A DNA stretch of 64,000 nucleotides from an archaeon (GTDB lineage Archaea > Nanobdellota > Nanobdellia > Woesearchaeales > UBA9642): the NCBI GenBank assembly GCA_043806035.1, contig JAZDHK010000028.1, positions 1-64,000 on the forward strand. Reading direction: 5' to 3'. The notes below the pieces were generated by a model. It had not been told where the DNA came from, made no database searches, and saw only the letters and a program-made list of their open reading frames with translations. Position numbers and translations under genes: made by a program. Below, piece by piece: positions 19,048-27,090 of this stretch (the stretch's first letter is position 1; each line of letters begins with the position of its first letter).

Positions 19048-20711
19048 GTTTCTTTGGCACCGCTTCGCGCAAGATCGAAATCTATTATTTTCACGACAAG
19101 TCGTGACATTCCTTCATGATTTTTTTCTTTCATCACCGTGAAATTACCATCGTGCGGATGATTATGAGCTATCCGTTGTCGCCTAAGCTGCGATGTTATC
19201 CATTGTTGTTGACGATCAATCTCTGCTTCCTCCTCTGCACTTTGTGGACGGTATGAACGTAATGCCTGACCGGCAAATTTTGTCAGGACTTTAACGTAAC
19301 GCCCATCCTTAGAGTGCACAATTCTTGGATTTCCTTGCCCGTCACGGAGTATTTCCTCACAATGCAAGACACCATCCTTATCTGTAAGAGCGTGTTCTGC
19401 AAGTTCCCAGGCCACATACGCATCCCGTGATACGATGCGTATGATGTATCCTGTCAGTTTTCCTCCAAGAGGAATAAGTACGCTTCCTGTTTTATTGAAC
19501 TGCAGTCGATTGAATATGACTTCCTGACTAGCTAGTCTGTCCGCGTTCTCCCCCACCAGCTTGTCCGTATATTCGCTCGACCCCAAGAGGTCATAATACT
19601 GTTGGGCTACGGTCATCAGTGTATCTAGCTTGTCGATACTGTTGATTGAGCACGATTTTGTGGATAGCACGAACAGGTGCGGATTCTTTCTGATTCGTTC
19701 CATGATATCAGGCCACTTGCCTGCATAGATGATGCGTTGGCAATTGCACAAGCTGAACCTATACGTGTCACAGATATCGTTTTTCACCACTTCAGCAACC
19801 TGTACCAGCAACGGCCAGTTCTCCCATGTCAGCAACCCCGCTTTGCGCAGAGCATAGAAGCCAAACACAAACACGTCCTGTGTCTGTTCCTTCGCAGCAT
19901 TTGACATCTTCACCATGCCATCGACGAGCGATGGCCATGTTCCTGACAATAGCATACCTGCATTCTGCAGATGCTGCAGTCCAAGATCGAAGAGGCCTTG
20001 CGTTCCTTTTACCTTCATATAATCTGCTTCGCAAAGCCTGAGCGTGTCCTGTTGGTGTTCCTGCAGGAATTGCCAGAGAACCGTATTATATCGGAAAAAA
20101 GATTCAGTAACGCCTCGTCGCAAGAGTTCTTCTTTGAACGCATCGCTGCTCATGCCGGGAATCCTCTCTTTCATAGACGTAAGTATATACAGAACGTTAT
20201 CTATGCTCTCGTTCACGAGCTCTGTCGTTTTTGGCTGTGATGAGAGAGTAGCATGCAGCCAATCCATATATCGCTTGTCACCCTCCCATGCATTAAATAC
20301 TGCCTTCAGGAATTCCTCTAGTTTTGCGACAGCTTCTGCGTCCTTAGCTGACAGTCTAAGCGTCTTCGTTTCCTTCAAATCCTTTATGAGAGATGCAAGA
20401 TGCTTACGTCGCTTCTGGTCAAACCAATACAATGAATATCTCTCCAACCTGGCTCTTGTCATATTATTAAGAAGTATGTCTATTTTCTTCTGCAGATGGG
20501 TATCAGGCGCAACATCAGAGCCTGAATACGTGTATTCAAGCTGCCTGCCGAACCATTTGCTCAAAAGGTGTGGTAATGCCAAAGTCTCACTTTTCTGCTT
20601 CAAAATTGGTTGTCGTTCCTTACGCCTTTGCCACGCTCTGTTTAGGTCATTTGCTGCCGCATCCTTGGTGCAGATGATATCTGTTACTGCAAAAGGCTTT
20701 AAAACAGCCAA
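19041..20711 (-). CDS. Hypothetical protein with helical repeats and a C-terminal atypical kinase-like domain
   Basis: IAHNHPHDGNF..KIIDFDLAR; imperfect repeats L..AGLL...WP.LV. Confidence 0.55.
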   Translation of the reverse strand: MAVLKPFAVTDIICTKDAAANDLNRAWQRRKERQPILKQKSETLALPHLLSKWFGRQLEYTYSGSDVAPDTHLQKKIDILLNNMTRARLERYSLYWFDQKRRKHLASLIKDLKETKTLRLSAKDAEAVAKLEEFLKAVFNAWEGDKRYMDWLHATLSSQPKTTELVNESIDNVLYILTSMKERIPGMSSDAFKEELLRRGVTESFFRYNTVLWQFLQEHQQDTLRLCEADYMKVKGTQGLFDLGLQHLQNAGMLLSGTWPSLVDGMVKMSNAAKEQTQDVFVFGFYALRKAGLLTWENWPLLVQVAEVVKNDICDTYRFSLCNCQRIIYAGKWPDIMERIRKNPHLFVLSTKSCSINSIDKLDTLMTVAQQYYDLLGSSEYTDKLVGENADRLASQEVIFNRLQFNKTGSVLIPLGGKLTGYIIRIVSRDAYVAWELAEHALTDKDGVLHCEEILRDGQGNPRIVHSKDGRYVKVLTKFAGQALRSYRPQSAEEEAEIDRQQQWITSQLRRQRIAHNHPHDGNFTVMKEKNHEGMSRLVVKIIDFDLARSGAKETW

Positions 20712-20865
20712 TTTTCACACATTTCATTCTAAATTGGGAATCCTTCACATAATGGTTTTAAACCCTTATTAGAATAAACTTGTATTTATACCTTTCGAAA
20801 ACAAACCTAATGCTTAAAGGTTGCGAGCAATAACTGAAAATTATGTTATCCTTACTCAAACATGC

Positions 20866-21429
20866 TCATTTATTCAACGCCTGCTCGAGCTTTGACGGAG
20901 CTTTCTCAGGAAGGGCAACCCCATTAGTCTCGGAAGATTTTTTCACAGATTTCTTTTTAACAGATATATTTTTTATTTTTGTACTGGCAATCGGGACAAA
21001 TTGTTCTTTTTTCTCTTTATTAGACGTATTCAAGGCAGATTTTTGCACAGCTGTCTGAACTGCCGTGTCTGGTTTCTTTTCTTGTTCGGACTGCACTTTT
21101 TTCTGCCTTGGCTGCTTTTGGACCGTTTGTTTCTTCGGTCGCTGGATCAGCCCCTTGAAACCATAGAAATATCTGCTAAAAAGAGAGTATTGTCTTTTTA
21201 ACTCAACACTACCTTGATCAGTTAATGCATACATCTTTTTTCTTCCCGCTCTTCTAAAAAAAACGAGTTTCATTTTCCTTAATCTTTTTAATGTCGGATA
21301 GATTGTCCCCGGAGTCAACGTCGATCCTTTCCTTTTTCCTATACGCACTGCAAGCTCGTCCCCCGACTGCTGTTTCTGCTTCAATTCATGCAAGATAATG
21401 AAACTGAGGAATCCTTTGAATTCAATCAT
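20866..21429 (-). CDS. PadR-family winged-helix regulator with a Lys-rich C-terminal tail
   Basis: GFLSFIILHEL..SGDELA..TPGTIYPTLKRL..GRKKMYALTDQG. Confidence 0.85.
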   Translation of the reverse strand: MIEFKGFLSFIILHELKQKQQSGDELAVRIGKRKGSTLTPGTIYPTLKRLRKMKLVFFRRAGRKKMYALTDQGSVELKRQYSLFSRYFYGFKGLIQRPKKQTVQKQPRQKKVQSEQEKKPDTAVQTAVQKSALNTSNKEKKEQFVPIASTKIKNISVKKKSVKKSSETNGVALPEKAPSKLEQALNK

Positions 21430-21627
21430 ATTAACGCCTCTTTCAACCATTTTTTGCCATTTCACCAGCCATCAAGCAACAACAATACACAAATGAATGC
21501 TCCTATTTAAATGTTTCTTTTTCATATTGGTCACACAATAAATAAAGCCAAGAAAACTTTTGTTTTTTGCCAAGAATATTTAAGCAGAAGAAACAACAAT
21601 TCTCATTGGTCAATAAATATGTAGTTT

Positions 21628-21655
21628 GATAAATATATAGTACATTATATTTATA
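21628..21655. other. dif-like 11-6-11 site in an AT-rich intergenic region
   Basis: GATAAATATAT-AGTACA-TTATATTTATA with 9-bp perfect inverted arms; resembles archaeal dif architecture. Confidence 0.4.
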
Positions 21656-21832
21656 GTAACAACAATTAATTTATTTATCAATATATTGAATAATAAATAT
21701 GTGTGAAAACAGGCAATAAACAAAACAAAAATAGGTCAAAGCAAAAAAAAAAAGAAGAATACCTCTTCAAAAAAATCGAAAGAAAACTGTCAAAATAAAG
21801 AGAAAATAAAGAAAATACAGCAAAAAAGTGAG

Positions 21833-22243
21833 CTACTTACACAAAGAACCAGCCAAATAAGAGACTGCAGACAAACAAAAACCAACAATAGACCCCACCA
21901 TACCATACTGACCCATACTCTCATCATCAGATTCTATGCCTCTCTCCTTACAAAAGTGAGCATCTTGACGTTCTTTATACCAGCCATAGCAAACGCCGCC
22001 ACCCATACCCGACGCAGTCCCTATGCCTAAAGCAGCATTGCCTCCAATAGAGCCAGTATACCCCTCAAAAAAAGGCAGAAGAATACACCCGCCTACACCA
22101 AAAAGAACCGATGAACCGTACAAAACATTGTCTCCAAAGCGAGAAAGTGAGCTTTTGTTAATGGGAGTCACTTGCATGACAAACTGCTTATTCGTTAACT
22201 GCTCAACAAGCCCATCAAGTTCACCAACAGATTCTCTGTCCAT
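21833..22243 (-). CDS. Hypothetical Gly-rich membrane protein
   Basis: Three Gly-rich hydrophobic segments; GAGGAGG RBS. Confidence 0.6.
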   Translation of the reverse strand: MDRESVGELDGLVEQLTNKQFVMQVTPINKSSLSRFGDNVLYGSSVLFGVGGCILLPFFEGYTGSIGGNAALGIGTASGMGGGVCYGWYKERQDAHFCKERGIESDDESMGQYGMVGSIVGFCLSAVSYLAGSLCK

Positions 22244-22254
22244 ACTATTCCTCC

Positions 22255-22764
22255 TCAAACCGTCCGCTCTTCCCGAATGTGCTTAACAACACCCTCATCG
22301 ACCTTGACAAGCTTATTCCTTGCCTGCAAAGCCTTGAATTGAGGATCCAAATACAAGTAAATCTTCTCATCGATAAGCTGCTTTAAAAGGGGAACTCCCT
22401 TCGCAGTTATATTATAAACGGCATTGTTGACCATATCTTCAGTAAGGCCGAGCTTTCTTGCAACATCTGCAGCAGTCAATTTTGCCTCAGATGCATACAC
22501 GACCAAGAAAACCTCCTGTTCCCTGTGCGTGAGCGTGATGTTCAACGTGGAGAAGTGAGGATTCAGCTGTAATGAAAGCTCGTCCATGCGTTCTGCCAGC
22601 TTGTCGATCTTCTTCTCCAACTCAGCAAGCTGGTCCTGCACGTAATCAATCTCTTGCGTGTTCTCATTAATGGAATCGAGATGCTGGTCCAGCTCCTCCT
22701 TGACTTTAGAAAATGCCCGACGGATACCATCGTCCATCTTTTCGAGAAGCTCATTCGCGTCCAT
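22255..22764 (-). CDS. Coiled-coil plus winged-HTH protein
   Basis: N-terminal heptads (AFSKVKEELDQHLDSINENTQEI..LEKKIDKLAERMDEL), then LTHREQEVF..LTAADVARKLGLT. Confidence 0.75.
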   Translation of the reverse strand: MDANELLEKMDDGIRRAFSKVKEELDQHLDSINENTQEIDYVQDQLAELEKKIDKLAERMDELSLQLNPHFSTLNITLTHREQEVFLVVYASEAKLTAADVARKLGLTEDMVNNAVYNITAKGVPLLKQLIDEKIYLYLDPQFKALQARNKLVKVDEGVVKHIREERTV

Positions 22765-22791
22765 GCACACCCCTTGCATCGGAAGTCAGCA

Positions 22792-23634
22792 TTACTTTTT
22801 ATAGTTTCTTATTGGCACAGCAGTTGCGCGATCCTGCAGAGATTCTCCACAATACTTGCAGAATTTCGCCGAGAAATCATGACCTTCTCTTCCACATGAC
22901 GGGCACGCTTGTGTGGAAACTCTCGTCACTTTCGCCATCTCCACAGAAACTATGCCTGTAGGGACTGCCAATACACAATAACCGAGAATCATGAGCATGC
23001 TCGCCACTACCTTCCCCCAAACTGTTCTCGGTACGAGGTCACCATAGCCGACGGTGGTGAGGGTGACTATCGCCCAATAAATGGAATGCGGGATGTTGTC
23101 GAATCCAGATGCTGTTCCTTCAATAATGTACATGACTGCTCCTGCGATGATGACAATGCTGAGCACGGCAAGAAGAAACACGCTGATCTTGGGAAAGCTT
23201 TCCTTGAGCGCCAGACTGAGCCCTTCAGCCTCGAAGACATACCGTCCCAGCTTGAATATCCTGAACAATCTGAGCAAGCGCAGCACCCTGATGACGAGCA
23301 GCACTTGCAGCCCTGGAAAGATGAGGCTCAAGTACGTCGGCAAGAAGGATATGAGATCGACGATGCCGTAAAAGCTGAAGATGTACTTGCTTGGCTTATC
23401 TATGCTGATGATACGCAGAACATACTCTACCGTGAAGAGTATGGTGAAAAACCATTCAATGCCCAACAGCAATGAACCGTGAGCGAGGTTGAATCCGGAC
23501 AGGCTATCAAGAATTACTGCCAGGACGCTGGCGATGATTGCAAGGATGATGATGACATCAAATGCCTTTCCTGCTGGCGTGTCTGCCTCGTAGATGATTT
23601 CGTGCAGCTTGTTCTTCCACTGCTCATTCGCCAT
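22792..23634 (-). CDS. Voltage-gated-type potassium channel (ion transport protein)
   Basis: S4 RVLRLLRLFRIFK, filter TLTTVGYGD, C-terminal CPSC..CKYC. Confidence 0.93.
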   Translation of the reverse strand: MANEQWKNKLHEIIYEADTPAGKAFDVIIILAIIASVLAVILDSLSGFNLAHGSLLLGIEWFFTILFTVEYVLRIISIDKPSKYIFSFYGIVDLISFLPTYLSLIFPGLQVLLVIRVLRLLRLFRIFKLGRYVFEAEGLSLALKESFPKISVFLLAVLSIVIIAGAVMYIIEGTASGFDNIPHSIYWAIVTLTTVGYGDLVPRTVWGKVVASMLMILGYCVLAVPTGIVSVEMAKVTRVSTQACPSCGREGHDFSAKFCKYCGESLQDRATAVPIRNYKK

Positions 23635-23676
23635 GCCCTTCCTGTGAGGAAGAGATTTAAATAAGTTGCGAGAAAA

Positions 23677-23952
23677 TCAATGATACAGAGAGATTTTTCC
23701 TTGTTCTTTGCTAATGAAAGCAGTCAGCAAGGCAAGTATGCCATCGAGATCCTTAACCGTTGTCTTCCCCTGCTCATCTCTAATCTGACATGTAGTCGAA
23801 AAATCAACGTCGACAATTTTCTTCGTGAGGGGATTGATAATGCTTGGCATGATCTTGCAGGAATATCCTTGCTCGCTCGAGAAAACGTTCACGAGATGTC
23901 TATCATACGTGCCGCCATCAACGTAATATTGCTTGAACAACTTTTCCCCCAT
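23677..23952 (-). CDS. Hypothetical protein
   Basis: 91-aa ORF with upstream TTTATTAA, fills the gap. Confidence 0.5.
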   Translation of the reverse strand: MGEKLFKQYYVDGGTYDRHLVNVFSSEQGYSCKIMPSIINPLTKKIVDVDFSTTCQIRDEQGKTTVKDLDGILALLTAFISKEQGKISLYH

Positions 23953-24008
23953 GCTCTCACAAATCAGCGCTGCTTAATAAACATGACGAAAAAAAGCCTA
24001 GCATCCCA

Positions 24009-24350
24009 TTATTCCTTGTACTCAACGTATACTGTTTTGCCATCAAGAGAAACTGCATTGAAGAGGTGTTCCCAACAGTCATCGAGATGCCACCCATCAT
24101 CAGCAACAGGGTTGTTTCTTTTGGGATGAGGACAGGCATCTAGACAAAGCGTTTGTATTTCTTGTGAATCATATTTTCGTAAATCCCGCAGGCAAACGAG
24201 CATGCCGTGCACGTTTGGTCTTGGTGCGACATACACACCGTGCTCTAACCTGCCACTTTCGCCTCTTCGCTCATACTCAGCAATATCACGGTCTATAACG
24301 TCATCGTGGATAATCATCAGTTTGCCGTTCACCAGTAGTTCAATTGCCAT
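24009..24350 (-). CDS. Hypothetical protein
   Basis: ORF starting MAIELL with TTTTTAAA about 25 nt upstream. Confidence 0.5.
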   Translation of the reverse strand: MAIELLVNGKLMIIHDDVIDRDIAEYERRGESGRLEHGVYVAPRPNVHGMLVCLRDLRKYDSQEIQTLCLDACPHPKRNNPVADDGWHLDDCWEHLFNAVSLDGKTVYVEYKE

Positions 24351-24454
24351 CAAAAAAAGAAAGGATAGCTTGTTTAAAAACATATCTAACAAGACAGCAT
24401 GACAACAGCCACCGCATTGGCTCTTTCAGGACAGAACCAGGCCCACAGCAAACT

Positions 24455-24462
24455 TTATAAAC
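24455..24462 (+). promoter_or_regulatory. Archaeal TATA box of rpoL (probably leaderless mRNA)
   Basis: TTTATAAA ending 22 nt before the ATG at 24485. Confidence 0.6.
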
Positions 24463-24484
24463 ACCCTGCCTCTCCCGAAACGTC

Positions 24485-24769
24485 ATGGAAACGGTCGTCC
24501 TCGAAAAGACAAAGAAAAAGCTTGTTTTTGAGCTGAAAGGAGCGGATCATACGCTCTGCGGTGCGCTCAAGCAGGAGCTCTATAACGACAAGGCAGTGAA
24601 GGTTGCCACATACAGCATGAGCCACCCGCTCACGAGAATTCCCAAACTCATTATCGAAACGGACGGCACGAAAAGCCCTGCAAAGGCTCTTATTGATGCT
24701 GCAAAGCGCATCCAGAAGGACAATGAGACATTGGCCGAGTCCATAAAAAAATTCAAGATTTCTGCATAA
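24485..24769 (+). CDS. rpoL: DNA-directed RNA polymerase subunit L (Rpo11)
   Basis: FELKGADHTLCGALKQEL..ATYSMSHPL..PKLIIET. Confidence 0.93.
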   Translation: METVVLEKTKKKLVFELKGADHTLCGALKQELYNDKAVKVATYSMSHPLTRIPKLIIETDGTKSPAKALIDAAKRIQKDNETLAESIKKFKISA

Positions 24770-24777
24770 TTGGAATT

Positions 24778-25383
24778 CTACGTCCTGGCAACAAGTTTTC
24801 CTAGCTTGCCCAAACCCTTTGCGAGAATGAATACACCGAGCACACCAGCACCAGAGATTGCAGCGTCCTTGTACAGCCTGGTTTTTTCCTGCTCATACGG
24901 CGCTCTTGTTCTTGACTCCTCATCCAGGTAAGCGTGAAATATGGATTGCGCCGTGCGAAGCAATGCAAGGCTACTCTCGCTAAACTGCCGTATCGTATCA
25001 TTAGTGATGTCCACGGTCTTGCCCGGAGTTGCAACATACGTCTTCTCAAACTCTAGCAGTCGCTCATACAATGCTTGTTTGTTTTCTCGCTCAAGAACGC
25101 CCGTCTCTAGACTATACTCGAGAAACTCTTTGGCATGATAGAAAGCACGTACTGAACGTATCGGCAGGAACGTGTCCACCGGCTTGAAGTCCCTCCTGTT
25201 CATGGCATTAATCGCATAATTGCGAACAGGGCACAGTTCCGCATACACTTTCTGGAAGAGCTCTCTTTCCCCAACAATCTCGTCAAGAGCACGTTTACTC
25301 TGCGTGTAGGATTCCTTGCTGCGCATAAGCGCCTTTCCATTAGGAAGTACTTTTTCAATGCTTAACTTCACGTAGGGATGCAT
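24778..25383 (-). CDS. Hypothetical C-terminally anchored protein, paralog A
   Basis: Paralog of 25539..26153 (LFQKVYAELCPVRNYA, AKEFL.YSLETG); C-terminal TM plus basic tail. Confidence 0.75.
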   Translation of the reverse strand: MHPYVKLSIEKVLPNGKALMRSKESYTQSKRALDEIVGERELFQKVYAELCPVRNYAINAMNRRDFKPVDTFLPIRSVRAFYHAKEFLEYSLETGVLERENKQALYERLLEFEKTYVATPGKTVDITNDTIRQFSESSLALLRTAQSIFHAYLDEESRTRAPYEQEKTRLYKDAAISGAGVLGVFILAKGLGKLGKLVART

Positions 25384-25538
25384 CTTTCTTTCACCCACAA
25401 CATACAAAGCAGTTTTGGTATAAATACCTTGTGCTCAGGTTTTGCCGAATGCATAACAAGAAATATATCTGCCAAGTTTTCATTAAGCACAGCAGAGTCA
25501 TCACAAATGACTTTGAGCAGTTTCCTGCTCTGTAACGT

Positions 25539-26153
25539 CTACACTCTTGTGATAATCTTTCCTAGTTTGCCTAGTCCTCTGCCGATGAACATAATACCTA
25601 TAGTCCCTGCCACGGACAGGGCAATCTCCTTGTAGAGCGTGCTCTTTTCTCTCCGGTAGGGCTGCCTGAGCTTCTGCTCTTCCTCGATATATGCTCGCAG
25701 GATTCCTTCCGCTTGCAGAAGCAGGTCAAAGCTCTTGTCGCCAAAATCCTGGACTGTTTCATCAGTTATGCGCTTTACCTTTCCAGAGAATCCAGTGACG
25801 TACTGGTCCTCAAGCACATCAAGTCCTGCAAGCAATGCCTGCTTTTCCTCAACATGCAGTTTTCCCGTTTCTAGACTGTACTGGAGGAATTCCTTGGCGT
25901 TATAGAATGCACGAAGGGCGTTGATGGGCATGACGCTGTCCAATGGCTCAAAATTGCGCTTGTTCATGGCTTCAAGGGCATAATTACGGACAGGGCACAG
26001 TTCCGCATACACTTTCTGGAAGAGGTGTTTCTCACCGACAAGGTCATCAAGAGCGTGCTTCCGTTCAAGGAAAGCAGCCCCCTGCTTCATGACCATCTCT
26101 CCATTCATCACGACCATGCCTATTCCGCGCTTAACATAAGGATGCATATCCAT
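25539..26153 (-). CDS. Hypothetical C-terminally anchored protein, paralog B
   Basis: Colinear paralog of 24778..25383. Confidence 0.75.
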   Translation of the reverse strand: MDMHPYVKRGIGMVVMNGEMVMKQGAAFLERKHALDDLVGEKHLFQKVYAELCPVRNYALEAMNKRNFEPLDSVMPINALRAFYNAKEFLQYSLETGKLHVEEKQALLAGLDVLEDQYVTGFSGKVKRITDETVQDFGDKSFDLLLQAEGILRAYIEEEQKLRQPYRREKSTLYKEIALSVAGTIGIMFIGRGLGKLGKIITRV

Positions 26154-26227
26154 CACCCGAGAGAGGTAAATGCTTCACCATTTATATATGTTATGAGAAA
26201 ATCTTGCCTGGATGCAATTCAAGAACG

Positions 26228-26974
26228 TCATTCTTTCAATGCGTATTTCCACATCAGCAGGAACTGGTTTCTATAGCTGTCTGCGTTCTCTTTGTTACAG
26301 ATGACGATGGCAATGGGCGGTCTTGCCGTCCATATGAAGAGAATGACATTGTTGTTGTAGATCATGGTGTCGGTTATGCTGGCAAACTCTCTGGGATGGA
26401 ATCGTGCTTCTCCAACGTAGTTTTGCAGAAGCTCTGGCGATTTTTTTTTCACGTCCTCATTAAAGATAACTTGGGAAGTGATGCCTAGCTTTTTCTTTCT
26501 TTTCTGCCAGAGTTCCCAATAGGGACCCATGACTTCTTTGAAAAGTCCGGAGACGCCGAAATCAGAGTATTCTCCTTTTGAACCAAGTTCATCGAGCATC
26601 TTGTCCAGAACAGCTCTGATGCCGTTCACGCCAGAATAGACAGTGACGTCCTGTTTTTCAATGCTCAGCTTCGCCTTTAATGCCAACTCTGGAAGGATGC
26701 TGTCCAGCTTCTCTTCCTTCTCCTTCAGCATGTCCTTGAACTGTTCTGGAGGCGCAGCGGCGAAATGCTGCTTCTTCCCTTTTATTATCGATGATACGAG
26801 TCCTTTCTCTTGCAGACGCTGGAGAATCTGATATGTTGTGCCTCTATGCAGTCCTGTTTTTTTGATTACTGGACCAGCCAAGGTCGATCCTAGCTCGAGC
26901 AAGGAAAGATAAACTCGAGCTTCAGCCTCTGAGAGGCCGAGATCTTCAAGAACTTCCATTTCGGTATAGGGCAT
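26228..26974 (-). CDS. TrmB-family transcriptional regulator
   Basis: LEDLGLSEAEARVYLSLLELG..TGLHRGTTYQILQRLQEKGLVS; VTVYSGVNGI effector domain. Confidence 0.9.
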   Translation of the reverse strand: MPYTEMEVLEDLGLSEAEARVYLSLLELGSTLAGPVIKKTGLHRGTTYQILQRLQEKGLVSSIIKGKKQHFAAAPPEQFKDMLKEKEEKLDSILPELALKAKLSIEKQDVTVYSGVNGIRAVLDKMLDELGSKGEYSDFGVSGLFKEVMGPYWELWQKRKKKLGITSQVIFNEDVKKKSPELLQNYVGEARFHPREFASITDTMIYNNNVILFIWTARPPIAIVICNKENADSYRNQFLLMWKYALKE

Positions 26975-27090
26975 GTCTTGTTTTTGTGCTTCACCTATTT
27001 AAATATTCTCATTTTGTCATCTTAATCAAGACTACAATAGTTTATATACATAATTTGACACTATTATATAGTGATAAAATTAGAGGTGAG

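Noticed and set aside
20044-20772. 242-aa + strand ORF
   Set aside because: Ser-rich antisense shadow of 19041..20711
20712-21709. 11-bp inverted repeat TTTTCACACAT/ATGTGTGAAAA around padR as an invertible segment
   Set aside because: Too short in AT-rich DNA, and the left copy doubles as the RBS region of the downstream gene
17805-22764. Integrated provirus or plasmid around the serine recombinase
   Set aside because: No capsid, terminase, Rep or att duplication recognised
25226-26024. Repeat pair as a DGR template/variable region
   Set aside because: The copies are identical rather than adenine-variable, and no reverse transcriptase is in the window
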